DNA from: Leptogorgia sarmentosa | Taxonomy: Eukaryota | Assembly (NCBI GenBank): GCA_964658305.1 | Contig: OZ210885.1 | Span: 13,268,001 to 13,332,000, forward strand | Direction: 5' to 3' | Length of the DNA stretch: 64,000 nt | In this document: piece by piece, positions 37,203-49,312 of the stretch | How the letters are laid out: the number at the start of each line of letters is the position of its first letter | Numbering within the stretch: the stretch's first letter is position 1 | The notes under the pieces: model-generated | Database searches by the model: none | The model's input: only the letters and a program-made list of their open reading frames with translations | Told to the model about the DNA's origin: nothing | Made by a program: the position numbers and the translations under genes

Positions 37203-37333
37203 GTCAGGATGGCCGAGCGGTCTAAGACGCCAGCCGCCAGACTCAAGTGCAGAAACTTGTCACGACCAACCTTGACATAATAGGGCGTTCTGGTCCACAC
37301 ATGTGGTCGTGGGTTCGAATCCCACTCCTGACA
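37203..37333 (+). pseudogene. tRNA-Leu: Intron-containing tRNA-Leu(CAA) with an internal CGCCAG duplication
   Basis: GTCAGGATGGCCGAGCGGTCTAAGA-CGCCAGC-CGCCAG-ACTCAAG[intron]TTCTGG..CCTGACA. Confidence 0.85.
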
Positions 37334-37476
37334 ACAAATTTACAAACAAATTGAGAACATTTCTTTTAAAAGCTGATCTATTTAAAAAAAATGGATATCA
37401 TCAATGACATTTTTCTGGTTTTTTACTGAAAATTTCCAAAGAAGAAAATATCTGCAGTTAAAAAAGCTCATATGTA

Positions 37477-37550
37477 TGTTTCCCCCCAACGTTCGAACTG
37501 GGGACCTTGCGCGTGTAAGGCGCACGTGATAACCACTACACTACGGAAAC
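37477..37550 (-). tRNA. tRNA-Val: tRNA-Val(TAC) variant, damaged 3' end
   Basis: Same body as the CAC copies, loop CT-TAC-AC. Confidence 0.75.
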
Positions 37551-37716
37551 GAATTGGAAGAAAATTACAAAACAGAGACAAAGTTTCGGAGATGTGAACC
37601 TTTCTTTTCAGAGCTGATCTATTTACAAAAATTCGATATCACGAAGAAAATGTTTCTGGTTTTTACTGAAAAATTCCAATGAAAAAAAATTCCCCATTTA
37701 AAAAAGCTCATATGTA

Positions 37717-37789
37717 TGTTTCCGCCCAGGTTCGAACTGAGGACCTTGCGCGTGTTAAGCGCATGTGATAACCACTACACTACAGAAAC
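37717..37789 (-). tRNA. tRNA-Val: tRNA-Val(AAC)
   Basis: 73-nt Val body, loop TT-AAC-AC. Confidence 0.88.
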
Positions 37790-38101
37790 GAATTGGAAGA
37801 AAATTACAAAACAGAGACAAAGTTTGGGAGATGTGAATCGATGCAACAAAAAAATATGAAGCAAGTTAAAGGCCATGCAGGTCCAAGCCAGATTTAAACT
37901 GGGGTCCTTCCAGTGTGAGTCGCATGCAGTGACCAGTGTCCTACACGAAATGTATAACAATCCCTCAAATTCACCGTCGAAATTGATTATGCGAAATTTG
38001 TGGTGCCATTTCGTGGTTCCAATATAATTATTTCCAAGTAACAAATTTAAAATGAGAGCAGTAAAGACTTTCCGCCCTCAGTCGCTGAATTAATGATTCT
38101 T

Positions 38102-38174
38102 TGTTTCTGCCCAGGATTGAACTGGGGACCTTGCGCGTGTGAGGCGCACGTGATAACCACTACACTACAGAAAC
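38102..38174 (-). tRNA. tRNA-Val: tRNA-Val(CAC)
   Basis: 73 nt; acceptor stem GTTTCTG/CAGAAAC fully paired. Confidence 0.88.
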
Positions 38175-38420
38175 GAATTGGTACAAAATTAAAAAACAGA
38201 GACAAAATTCTGGAGAAGAGCATTGATGCAACAAAAAATGTGAAAGAAATTCATGGAGATGCAGGTCCTAGCCAGATTTAAACTGGGGTCCTTGCAGTGT
38301 TAGAAACTGTACAGCAATCCCTAAATTTAACCCTCCCAAGCACTAACAAGATAATACAAAAATAACATAAACACAGTATTTCCAATGACCATTGAAAATT
38401 CGCAATGTGTTAATTAACTA

Positions 38421-38492
38421 GGGCTTGCACGGGAATCGAACCCGTGACCTCTCGCACCCTAAGCGAGAATCATACCACTAGACCAGCAAGCC
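38421..38492 (-). tRNA. tRNA-Pro: tRNA-Pro(AGG)
   Basis: GGCTTGCTGGTCTAGTGGTATGATTCTCGCTTAGGGTGCGAGAGGTCACGGGTTCGATTCCCGTGCAAGCCC. Confidence 0.93.
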
Positions 38493-38603
38493 ATTGATGG
38501 TATCAAATTGTTTTCTCATGTACTTTGTACTGACGGAGAAAAATGGGGGATTAATGTAATATCTCAGCTGTTCTAAAACATTTTCCAATCTTGCAGCGAA
38601 GTC

Positions 38604-38707
38604 GCCGTGATCGTATAGTGGTTAGTCCATTGCGTTGTGGCCGCAATAACCAAGGTTCATAACCCAGGTTCAGGTTCATAACCCAGGTTCGAATCCTGGT
38701 CACGGCA
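38604..38707 (+). pseudogene. tRNA-His: tRNA-His(GTG) with tandem duplications in the T-arm region
   Basis: GCCGTGATCGTATAGTGGTTAG..TTGTGGC..repeated TAACCCAGGTTCA..GAATCCTGGTCACGGCA. Confidence 0.88.
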
Positions 38708-38874
38708 TCTGATTCAAACAGCAAAAGTATTGTAATTACGATTACGGACATCGTAACCGTTGAAGTTCTGTTTATTATTGCCGTTGGATGTGCCCTTGGC
38801 AAAAAATCCGATTTTGACCAAAAATAATATCCATTATTTTTATATTTCTATTCGGAAGGTTTTCACTGGAGTAG

Positions 38875-38967
38875 GTCTCTGTGGCGCAATCGGTTGGCGC
38901 GTTCGGCTCGTTCGGCTGCGTTCGGCTGTTAACCGAAAGTTTGTTGGTTCGAGTCCAACCAGGGACG
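38875..38967 (+). pseudogene. tRNA-Asn: tRNA-Asn(GTT) with triplicated CGTTCGGCT
   Basis: GTCTCTGTGGCGCAATCGGTTGGCG(CGTTCGGCT)x3..GTTAACCGAAAG..AGGGACG. Confidence 0.88.
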
Positions 38968-39084
38968 TGTTTGGTGTGTTCAGACGTCGTGACGGTAAAT
39001 GTAACGGAATTTTTTGCGCGGGGTTTTCTAAGGACTTACCAAAGCTTTCAAAAAAAAGAACGTCTTACATGGTTAATTAACTAA

Positions 39085-39156
39085 GAGCTTGCACGGGAAT
39101 CGAACCCGTGACCTCTCGCACCCTAAGCGAGAATCATACCACTAGACCAGCAAGCC
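39085..39156 (-). tRNA. tRNA-Pro: tRNA-Pro(AGG), second copy
   Basis: One substitution relative to 38421-38492. Confidence 0.9.
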
Positions 39157-39271
39157 ATTGATGGTATAAATAAGTTCTCTAATATAATTTGTACTGACGA
39201 AGAAAAATATGGGATTAGTTAATGTAATATCTCAGCGCTTCCAAAACATTTTCCAATTTTTCAGCGACGTG

Positions 39272-39343
39272 GCCATGATCGTATAGTGGTTAGTACATTG
39301 CGTTGTTACCGCAATGACCGAGGTTCGAATCCTGGTCACTGCA
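39272..39343 (+). pseudogene. tRNA-His: tRNA-His-derived pseudogene, anticodon mutated to GTT
   Basis: His body, loop TTGTTAC; acceptor mismatches. Confidence 0.8.
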
Positions 39344-39841
39344 TCTGTTTCATACAGCCAAAAGTATTGTAATCACCATTACGGACATCGTCACCGTTGA
39401 AGTTCTGTTTATTATTGCCGTTGGATGTGAAGAGAAGATAAAAGCTATATTTTCGATCAGAAGACAATTTTTGCTTTGTTTAGCGCGTGCGCTATGTTTG
39501 TTTTGCTTTGAAGCAATCTGTAGCTTGAGCTCTAATTTAATTGGTTCCAAGTGATAACAGAAAATGGCACTGTGATTACACAAAATTATGCTATGATTTG
39601 GGATTAACTGCACTGAAATAAACCAATCACAGTCGAGCTATACATTTACGTATATTATTAAGAAAGAAACACCCTAAAGAATCCATTTTATTCGCACGCA
39701 ACCTCGGTCCAAGGCCCCACGCAACGGTATAACCTCTTCTCACTACTCTACATATTATTCACAGTCTGGCGCTGAGAGTGTAGGTCAGTTGTAAATGTCA
39801 ATGTTTAGTTTAACAACGCGAAACCTGTTGGTTGCAGCAAC

Positions 39842-39923
39842 GTAGTCGTGGCCGAGCGGTTAAGGCGACAGACTAGAAATCTGTTGGGAGTTTCCCGCGC
39901 AGGTTCAAATCCTGCCGACTACG
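39842..39923 (+). tRNA. tRNA-Ser: tRNA-Ser(AGA)
   Basis: 82-nt GTAGTCGTGGCCGAGCGGTTAAGGCG..CT-AGA-AA..CCTGCCGACTACG. Confidence 0.93.
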
Positions 39924-40328
39924 TTATGCAAAGTCTTTGAAATTTTGGCCTCGAATATAAACATGAATTTTTTTTTGGAAAACTCGATGAGAGGAAGTTC
40001 TGTTTTCGGTGGTGGTGGCTGAGTGTTTAAAGTGACAGATTCAATGTACAAGTTTTCCATCTACAAAATCAACGAAAAGAAATCCCGTTTTTATTGTATT
40101 AAGGTTATGAAACTGAAATGCAACGAAATTGAAATTGAAATGCAACGAAATGAAAATATTCTGGGTTAGAATTCTAGGTAACTGTTTTGGAAAAGCAAAA
40201 TCATGACAACAAAGGCATACAGAAAACACCAAAAGAATGGGTAAGGTGGGATGGAGCTATTATAATAGCAATGGTTTTGCTAATTTCTCGAATTGCATAT
40301 TTTTTTCCTTCTCTCGTAAGTATTATTA

Positions 40329-40400
40329 TTCCCACGCCGGGAATCGAACCCGGGCCTTAGCGGTGAGAGCGCCAGATCCTGACCACTGGAATACATGGGA
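40329..40400 (-). tRNA. tRNA-Glu: tRNA-Glu(CTC), diverged; inverted duplicate of the 33.2-33.4 kb unit
   Basis: Glu body; flanks also match ~33190-33380. Confidence 0.82.
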
Positions 40401-41333
40401 GAAACATTTATCTTTTCTCAGAATGTGAAAATAACGATAATATTTTTAATTTGAATTTGGAAGAAAATTTCGAGAGATTACTACGAGTGAGAGTACTACG
40501 TATGAAAACATGGAATTTCCTACCACATTTATTCTTTGCTACCTTCAACATGCTACATCCCGTTCTGATTTTCTCTTGACAACTGACGTGAGCCGAATAC
40601 GTGACGGAGGCACACATTATTTTAGTGGAATTTTTCAATCAATAGCAGTTGAAGTCGAACGATTTTAAAACCATTGCGAATTTTCAATGATTATCGGAAA
40701 TACTGTGTTTATGTTGTTTTTGTATTATCTTGTTAGTGTTTGGGAGGGTGAAATTGAGGGATTGCTATACTTCTCGTGTAGTGCACCAAGATGCAGGAGT
40801 GGGATTCAGATGCTTTTCCAATTTTGATAAAAAACATGCATGCACTTGTAAAAGTAACTGCAAGTCGTGCATCTTTGCAAAATCGTTCGCACATCCCAGC
40901 AAATTTGTATAGGAAATTACGCGGTTCGAGAAGTATTAATGAAAATTGCACGCGTGTTTGGCGAAATATTTCGCGGTATTTCGCCAAACACAAATGCAAT
41001 TTTTCATTATTACTTCGAGAAAAAGTGTAATTTCCTTTTAATATCATTGTAGTAATTTCAGGGCAATTTCAATATCAAACAAATGAAAATCCATCGTAAA
41101 TTTCTACGCAAACGAAAATTTTACAGTAGTTTACTTGTTTTTAAATTTACCGCTCGCATATCGCGGGCTCGAAACCGAGGTATTTGAAAAATGAATTACA
41201 CACCTGTGTAATTAATGTTTAATTCGCACAGTTGTTGAAGCTTTTTAGCCAATCAATTTAGCGCTGAGTGTGTTGGTGAGTGGTAGATGTCAATGTTTAG
41301 TTGAACAACGCGAAACCCGTTGGATGTAGCAAC

Positions 41334-41415
41334 GTAGTCGTGGCCGAGCGGTTAAGGCGACAGACTAAAAATCTGTTGGGAGTTTCCCGCGCAAGTTCAA
41401 ATCCTGCCGACAACA
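41334..41415 (+). pseudogene. tRNA-Ser: tRNA-Ser-derived pseudogene, anticodon AAA
   Basis: Duplicate of the 39842 unit with flanks; substitutions in anticodon, T-stem and acceptor stem. Confidence 0.82.
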
Positions 41416-41670
41416 CTACGCAAAGCCTCGAATGTAAACATGATTTTTTGGGGAAAAACCTTGATGAGAAGAGATTCTGTTCTCGGTGGTGGTGGCGATG
41501 AGTGTTTAAAGTGACAGATTCGAGAAGTCGCGTTTTTTTTGTATTAAGGTTATGAAACAAGCCAAAAATGATTTTGTATTTGAATGTAAATTTGAAAACA
41601 AAGAGGTCCGTGAATTGATTACAGCTGCGTTTGAAATAACATGTACGTAATTATCTTGGTAGTCCACACA

Positions 41671-41742
41671 GGGAGTGTAGCTCAGTGGTAGAGCATTCGA
41701 CTGCAGATCGAGAGGTCGGTGGTTCAAATCCGCCCGCTCCTT
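41671..41742 (+). tRNA. tRNA-Cys: tRNA-Cys(GCA)
   Basis: GGGAGTGTAGCTCAGTGGTAGAGCATTCGACTGCAGATCGAGAGGTCGGTGGTTCAAATCCGCCCGCTCCTT. Confidence 0.9.
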
Positions 41743-41955
41743 AATTTACCGAACCTATAAACTGTAAAACTTTCAAATTCATGGGAAAAAATGCAACCCA
41801 AAGGGTTAAGATGCATATACTGCCATTCGTGTTAAATATATCCACTTACTTGAATACGATTAGTCCTTCTGTTAAGTACTAAAATATTTTGTTCGAGTTT
41901 ACGGGCAGATTGAAGATTTATTCATATCGAAGTGCAAGCCAATATTAATGTCAAC

Positions 41956-42054
41956 GTAGTCGTGGCCGAGTGCTTAAGGCGACAGACTTGAAATCTGTTG
42001 GGAGTTTCCCGCACAGGTTCAATTCCCACACAGGTTCAAATCCTGCCGACTACA
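41956..42054 (+). pseudogene. tRNA-Ser: tRNA-Ser(TGA) with a duplicated T-arm segment
   Basis: TTCCCGCACAGGTTCAA followed by TTCCCACACAGGTTCAA. Confidence 0.85.
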
Positions 42055-42191
42055 CAACAGCAAATTTTCAAAATTTTCCATCAGCAAGCCATTGATTGTA
42101 TCCAATCTCTAATGTACTTTGTACTGAGGAAGATAAATACGGGCTTAATGTAATATCTCAGCCGTCCCAAAAAATTTTCCATTCTTGCAGC

Positions 42192-43365
42192 AGTTGGAAT
42201 GCTTGACAAAGAAGCATTGTAATGCACGCAGAATGAATTCAACCCAAAGAATTCTCTCGTGAATTCACTTGACCCAATTGATGTCAAGTAACTCTTTCCC
42301 AGTCACATCCCCTCTCATGCATTTTATTTCTGCAAACGGAAAATCAGCTTGGGATTTGATATTTTGCAATACCTTCTTTGTGGCTCTTTGCCCTTTCAAT
42401 TCCATCTTCCGATATTTCATGGCAATTTCCACTAATGTGTGGAAAACTTTGTCACCGACATCAGCACACACAAACAGAATATTTGCAAGTGTAGACTCCT
42501 ATCAAGTAAATACCAATATGAATATTGCACCCCTATTTTATCACACTATATCAATAAAAATGCCAGTTTATACTATAACTTCCACTCTCAAGGTATTATT
42601 ATTCTAGAAAAACTTAGTGATTCACCAATAATGGCAGATCGCATACTCCTCCATTCAGGGCACTTTTCTTTATTAAATTGCTCCACCAATAGTTTTCGGC
42701 ACAGTAACATCTAGAGTTAAAAAATGTTGTATTTTGCAATTGGTTGCAATATGGAGATTATGATTTATGTTATAAACAAGAGGGTATCTTTTTAAAACTT
42801 AATTACACTGTTGATTGTTTTCCGGCAAGATCAAACAAACATTACGTATACAGGTTATGGTACACCTCTTCAACTTATTATACATAATGGTACCTTATCA
42901 GCTGTGTTGAGGTTGTGGTGCAAGGCATGCAACTGTGCCAATCGTAATGCATCTTTAGAAGGCATTTCTGGAAAGAAAAGGGAAGCATACATTGCTTGTG
43001 ATTAAAAATTCCTAAACACCGTAATTCATCCCAAAGCAAATGACAAACCTGTATATAACTGCACCATTGCGTACATTATGGGTGCTCTTTAAGTTGTCCT
43101 TCTTTGTTTAGTTGCAACAATGCCTCACGACGGTGGTTTCCACCCATCACTTCTAGCGATAATCCATCAATTTTGGATTCATCAAAATCTTCCTTGGTGA
43201 TGGCATTCTTTACAATTGCAATCAACGGTTTTGCAAATGTTGTAGGCGTTTCTAAGATTTCACTTTTCAATACAGAGACAAACGTTTGATCAATGTCTCT
43301 CACTCTATCCTCTCTCAATACCTTATAGGGTTCTTCAAGAAACGTCAAAACAAATTTGATATTTG
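42192..43365 (-). pseudogene. Spliced ParB/Sulfiredoxin-like domain gene fragment; exons ~43049-43365, 42894-42967, ~42620-42710, ~42192-42498
   Basis: VRDIDQTFVSVLKSEI..PLIAIV..LEVMGGNHRREALLQL..QLYT|..DALRLAQLH matches the ParB/Srx (D/G)GxHR signature and the following helix; frameshift near 43078, mutated donor near 42620, premature stop at 42265. Confidence 0.7.
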
Positions 43366-44419
43366 CTGCAAAGCAAGTGTTATAAAACTATTTTAGGCAA
43401 AGGTAAAACTTGGAAAATAACTATAGAGAATGGCCAGCCAACTGTGATTGGCTGGCCAAACGTAATGCCGACAACGCTAACGTTAACAACATTCAATCAG
43501 GTCATGGCTAGAAATGGCGTTGGAATGCACGCATACGTTCTCGCAAAGATAGAGAAGGCAAGAGAAACGAGGATGGATTGAAATACAGGACAAGCGTGTA
43601 TGTTGTTTGCATATAAAATTTTGCGTATTTTTATGAATTGCTGGTTTAGCGCCACATTAAGTCTGTTAACAGCTTAATTTAAGAAAGTTTACGTTTTATA
43701 AATGTAAGACTGCCTTCTTATTATTTCAAAATACTAACGAACTTTAGATTTTTCTGTTAAATCAAAATAGACTTTCTGAAGGTTAAAACGTTTCATTGGC
43801 CAAAACAACTTCAAAAATCTCTTTTGTATGTCTGTTTTAATGGAAAAAATTGAAATATATATCGGAAACTTGCAGTTTATCTTAAGTTAAAAATTAAAGT
43901 TTTAAAAAATGCGATCGCCAGTTGATTTAATTTCCCTTCTATATTTTTGGAAATACTTTTTAGTACGAACATTTTCGGCGAAATATTTTGGTGTCGTAAA
44001 CGGTATATTTTAACCATTGAACAGGGTGATTAAATCATTTCAATGAATTTACCTTTTATGATTGTCATGTGGAATAAAAAAGCAGCAATTTTATATATTT
44101 TTTCATTTCGCTTTGGCTGTTTGCCAGCAACAGTAACAAAGTAAACAAACAACTGATGTCAAATGAATTTGACTATAGCATTGCACGGCAAATGAATTTT
44201 TGTTGATCTCTTTAAACCTATTGAGTTTTCTGAATTACTTTGGACTTGTACAGCATTCTTTGGGCGAAGCATAAGTTTTTTTTTATTTTACCGGATTTCT
44301 AGCGGATTTTTTGGCATTAGATGCACTAAGTGCACTGGATTTTTTGAATTGAAATGAATTGATTGGTGAATTGACTCTCGGTTCGACTGGCTTTACTACA
44401 GATGCCGGCTTTTAAAGGA

Positions 44420-45085
44420 CTCCTGATTTTACAGATTCCTGGTTTTGATTCCTAAATTTACCGATTCCTGATTTTATAAAATACTGATTTTACAGATTCC
44501 TGATTTTACAGATTCCTTGTTTTATAGATTTCTGGTTTTACAGATTCGTGGTTTTATAGATTTCTGGTTTTACAAATTCCTGTTTTTACAGTTTCCTGAT
44601 TTTACAGATTCCTGATTTTATACATTTCTGGTTTTACCGATTCCTGGTTTACCGATTCCTGATTTTAAAGATTCCTGATTTTATAGATTCCTGGTTTTAC
44701 AGAGTCCTGATTTTATATATTCCTGATTTTACAGATTCCTGGTTTTACAGATTCCTGGTTTTACAGATTCCTGATTTTATAGATTCCTGATTTTACAGAT
44801 TCCTGGTTTTATAGATTCCTGATTTTATAGATTCCTGGTTTTACAGATTCCTGGTTTTATTGATTCCTGATTTTATAGATTCCTGATTTTACAGATTCCT
44901 GGTTTTACAGATTCCTGGTTTTATAGATTCCTGTTTGTTAGGTTCTAGATTTTACTGATTCCTAGTTTTACATATTCCTGGTTTTACACATTCCTGGCTT
45001 CAGAGATTCCTTGTTTTAAGATTCCGTCTTTTACAGGCTCCGGCTTTTACAGGTCCTGGTTTTACAGATTCCGGCTTTTACAGAT
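44420..45085. repeat. Minisatellite, 18-bp unit TTTTA(C/T)AGATTCCTG(A/G), roughly 35 copies
   Basis: Directly visible tandem array, degenerate at both edges. Confidence 0.95.
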
Positions 45086-48018
45086 TCATGTATTCCCTTT
45101 ACCATCCCCTTTCCTGGTTCCCGGTTTCCCGTTCCTTGTTTCACACATAGCCTTTAGTTATCCCCTCTTGTTACAATGCTGGCACAATCATGGTCACCAA
45201 ATCAACATCTACTTTGAAATGAAAAATGAAGCCCCACATGAAATGAGAAATGAAGCCCCCCGGCCAAATTTCTCGTTGTAATAATATTATGTGTTGATTT
45301 CGTCAGATTCAATAATTACATCATTCAAATACTTTGACACAAAGCGACGAATGGTTATGTTTTCACACCTTAAACAATCACATTTTGACTTCTGGGCAGT
45401 AGACGTATCAAAATTATGGAAAGGTTCTGATTGGGATGAAACCAGAACTATGTTGATTCAAGCTTATGAAAGTTATGAATTACTGCTTAAATGCACCATA
45501 CCCAATGAATGCCCATTTACAGTGTGCGACGCGGAAAATAGACCTTAAAGCCTAAAATTGCAAAGCGAAATGACAAATCTTTGTCATTTACTATTACTCT
45601 TGCAAAATGGCAAACTCACCAAATATATAGAATCACAAATAAAAGCTTATAAGCCAATTAATGTTCGAATATTATAGATATTATACCGACATGGTCAGAT
45701 GATCTCTCAGACTTGCAAATCTAACTGCATATAATGTTAGCTTGAAGATTACCTTTTAAATCTCTTTCTTTATCTTTGTATCCCAAACCAAATGTAGCCC
45801 AATCTTTTCAATGATATCGATTATGTTATATATTGTTGAAAATACAAACGTTGTGCGATAATCCTGCCGATTTTATATACTCTCTCTAAAGAATGATAAC
45901 AAATATCTCGCTGGCACCGAACTACGAGAAATAACAAAGTTGCTTTATTCATCAGTGTGATTGATATCAAAGAGTTTTTATAAGTGAAGTGTTTTGATTC
46001 TCTGGGATATTTTAATTTCTCGTTTCGCCACTTCCTTTCTATCTGTAAATCCTGTAGACATATATTGTTGACGTTTTTTGTTATGTTTTGCACATATACA
46101 TGCAAATTAAACTGGACACTTTAAGACCAGAAAAATTGCCATCCCTATTAAATATATATTAACTGTACAAGTTCATCTGGTGCCCTGAAAATTTCAATGA
46201 TTGCGCAGCAGAGACGTGTAAAAAGTTTGAAATTTCCCGCTACAAAGCATGACTGTAGTGTATGTTTTTATAGCTTTCTGCCAGTGGATTAAAATTATTA
46301 TTGCTTCACTTGATATTTACCACAATAACTCAGGTTTGGTTCCTGCTGATTACAATTATAATTATAATTATTTGGTCTGCATATTGCCCGTTTAAAACCT
46401 TACAATTCTATATAGAGAAGCTAGCGCATTTTCTGAAGTGATGAATCAGAACATTGTGTATAGCTACCTCAATACCATGTGACCATTGTGAAGATATGTA
46501 TTTGTAGACATTTGTCACTTGTCAAAGTTGTATGCGCTCAATAAATCATTTTCTAGAGAGTAAGAAATTTTGAAAAAGGTTACGTAACTGTCGTTGGCAT
46601 GGCAACAATGACGTTTCTAAAATGGCAGATAACTGCCCTTTAAAGTAATTTAACTGGACAACTAGTTCGGTGACCCCCGTAATATGCTTTTAGTTATGGC
46701 ATTTTGAATTATTCTGGTGAGTTTAACAAACATTATACAAACTAGGTAGCTAAACGTGATTATTTGACATAAAAAAAGTTTCGCTTGGTAGGAATTTTTT
46801 AAAATTCTAAAAATAATTTTAAACACGAAACGAAAGCCTTCTGTGAAATAAGAAATGGGGGTCAACTAACCCATTTTCAAGTTAAACTAATTTAAATGGT
46901 GTCATTGTTGCCATAGCAACGACAGTTAGGTAATTTCTTTTTCAACGACAGTTATGTAATTTTTTTAAATTTCCTGACATTCAGACCAAGTGTTATTAAG
47001 CATATATATGTTCATTGTCTTTTAACGACTATTAATTGTCCAAAAATACAGATCAAAACTCCATATTAACCAGTATTAAAAAACTGTAGCGAGTCACCTG
47101 AAGGCAAGAGATTCTTGCTCACGCGAATTGAATGATCTGATCATGAATTTACAACTTATTGCAAAGGGAACTCTTGTCAGTGATGAAATATTGTCAAACT
47201 AGCTTAAATTTCAATTTACAAGACCTTTTTTATAGGCTTATGTATTAGTACACGCTGCATTTTACACACCACTAAATATTTACTCGCTAACTGAACTAGT
47301 ATTGCGGGGGGGTCAACAATATTAATAGCGCTAACCTAACAATTCTCCTGCAGGGCATAATATTATTATGTTATAATTGAGGTATCCTATAAATAAATGT
47401 AAAGCTATTGGTCATGCATAAAGTGGAGATATTAAAATATTTCAAAACACTTTTTCGAACTGTGGGGTTCTTTAAAGGATTGTAAGATATGTGCTTTCGT
47501 TTTAAAGTTCTCGCGTGCATATCTACAAAACTCTTTCCCCTCAGTTACATGACTGATAGACGAGAATCACAGTAACATCTTCTTCGCTGTGATCGGTATT
47601 TGATTTTCGAAATCGTTAGTGCGAACTATTTTTAATTCTCCAATCATTCCTATGATAATTTCTTCCAAGAAGAAAGACAATACTAGAAGATGATTTGAAA
47701 TTCACGACAGACTACAAAGACTTTTATTTACTGACAACCTAAGCAGTGAGGCTACGAACTCGTATCACAGACCAACAAAATTTCCTCTTTTTCTTCAAAC
47801 GGTAATCGCTATTGCTCCGCGTTTATACGTGTTTGTGAAAGAAATCATTTGAATACTATTGAATGGAATGAAAATAAATATACATTATTTTGCAGGTATA
47901 TTCTCGAAGCTCAAAAGTCATAACAACAACTGGCTTCAGCGAGATGTAGCTGCTCTGTACGCCGAACATTGAGTGGTGAGTAGAATTTCTTTGTTGACGG
48001 AGTTAGTTTTACAGAATA

Positions 48019-48246
48019 GTGTTCGTAGCTCGTTTAGCTTAAAACGCGGATAAGCCCAGAATATAAAACAAGTCTATCCATTGCTTGAACCGTCAAAATA
48101 ATACTTTTCGATCTAAGAAGAGCATCTATGTGTACAACAACATAATTATTCAGTGTTTAAAATTTATGCTCAGTTATTCACAAGACGAACGGGAGTGTAA
48201 TTTAAATTTGACTTATCCGCCGTTTCTGCTAAACGGGCTACGAACA
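48019..48246. mobile_element. MITE with imperfect TIRs
   Basis: TGTTCGTAGCTCGTTTAGC..GCGGATAAG / CTTATCCGC..GCTAAACGGGCTACGAACA. Confidence 0.6.
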
Positions 48247-49126
48247 ACTGGCCGCAGATAAATTATTGCCGAGCAATTTGATGATCGATATACTAGTTAT
48301 AGCTTTGTACGTCTTTAGGGCTTAGGCTAATTAGTTTGTTGATTAACTATACAAAATCGCCCAGCTTTTCAGACTTGGCATAAAACTCACTGCAAAACCA
48401 AGTATATATTTCAATAATTCAGTTTCTTATCAAGCTCGTATTTAACTCTTGTAAATGAAAATTAGCGTGTTTACATGATAAGTGTTTAAACAGACTTTCG
48501 GAGTTCTAACACAGTGCAAACGCAGAGTTATAGCCACGTATGATGTATATGACTATTTAACAACTACATTACTATTTACACGAGCTTGCGAGATCTCTAT
48601 GATGCATAGCCGTGATTTGTAAAGTATACATAACGAATTTTACGCGGTTTTCCAGCAAGCTAAATTCATGTGCATCCTAACCCTGTCGAGTGTTGGTGAG
48701 ACGTGACGTGTGTTTATTTAACAATTAGATTACGAGCTCGAGACTTGAGCGAAGCACGAATCAGCTTCAACCTCGCAGAAATCGAAAGCGGGTAATGTAA
48801 CAGTTTTATTTGAATCAGAGATCGAACATAGAATATTTCACATAAGCAAACAGGGTGATATAAACGATGCAAAATGTACGATGAGAAAATCACAAAGGAA
48901 ATCAACCGTAGCGTGACTTTACGTTGTATGAGATAAACAATGACCTTAATTTAATAATGTCACATGATATGTATGTCGTTTTTGGAGCCATTAGTAAAAT
49001 ACTCGCAATCTGTGCTTTATCTGATCCAAAACACTCGGCTGTCGCTTCGATATAATATATAATATATGATATTCATAATATCAACAAGGGGGCGAATACT
49101 TTTTTGTAAAATTAATGATGTTTAAA

Positions 49127-49312
49127 GGCACGTTCACACGAGTGATTTTTTGCTACGATATGTTCTTTTTTTTCATAGATGTGAAAGATTGGATTAACAA
49201 CAATTGTTCGGAGTGCGTGCTTTCTCACCTCAACTGACATTTGTGACTGGTTTATTCGTTCACATCCGTCAAAAGGAGAAAATCGCAGCGAAATCGCTCG
49301 TGTGAAAGAGCC
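49127..49312. mobile_element. Degenerate Harbinger-type MITE
   Basis: GGCACGTTCACACGAGTGATTT / AAATCGCTCGTGTGAAAGAGCC. Confidence 0.6.

Noticed and set aside
33296..41727. Short ORFs across the tRNA array
   Set aside because: They overlap tRNA genes, spacers and transposons and have no domain signal.
44420..45085. CRISPR array
   Set aside because: Contiguous units with no unique spacers, in a eukaryotic context.
45291..45548. 85-aa ORF
   Set aside because: No motif or convincing splice context.
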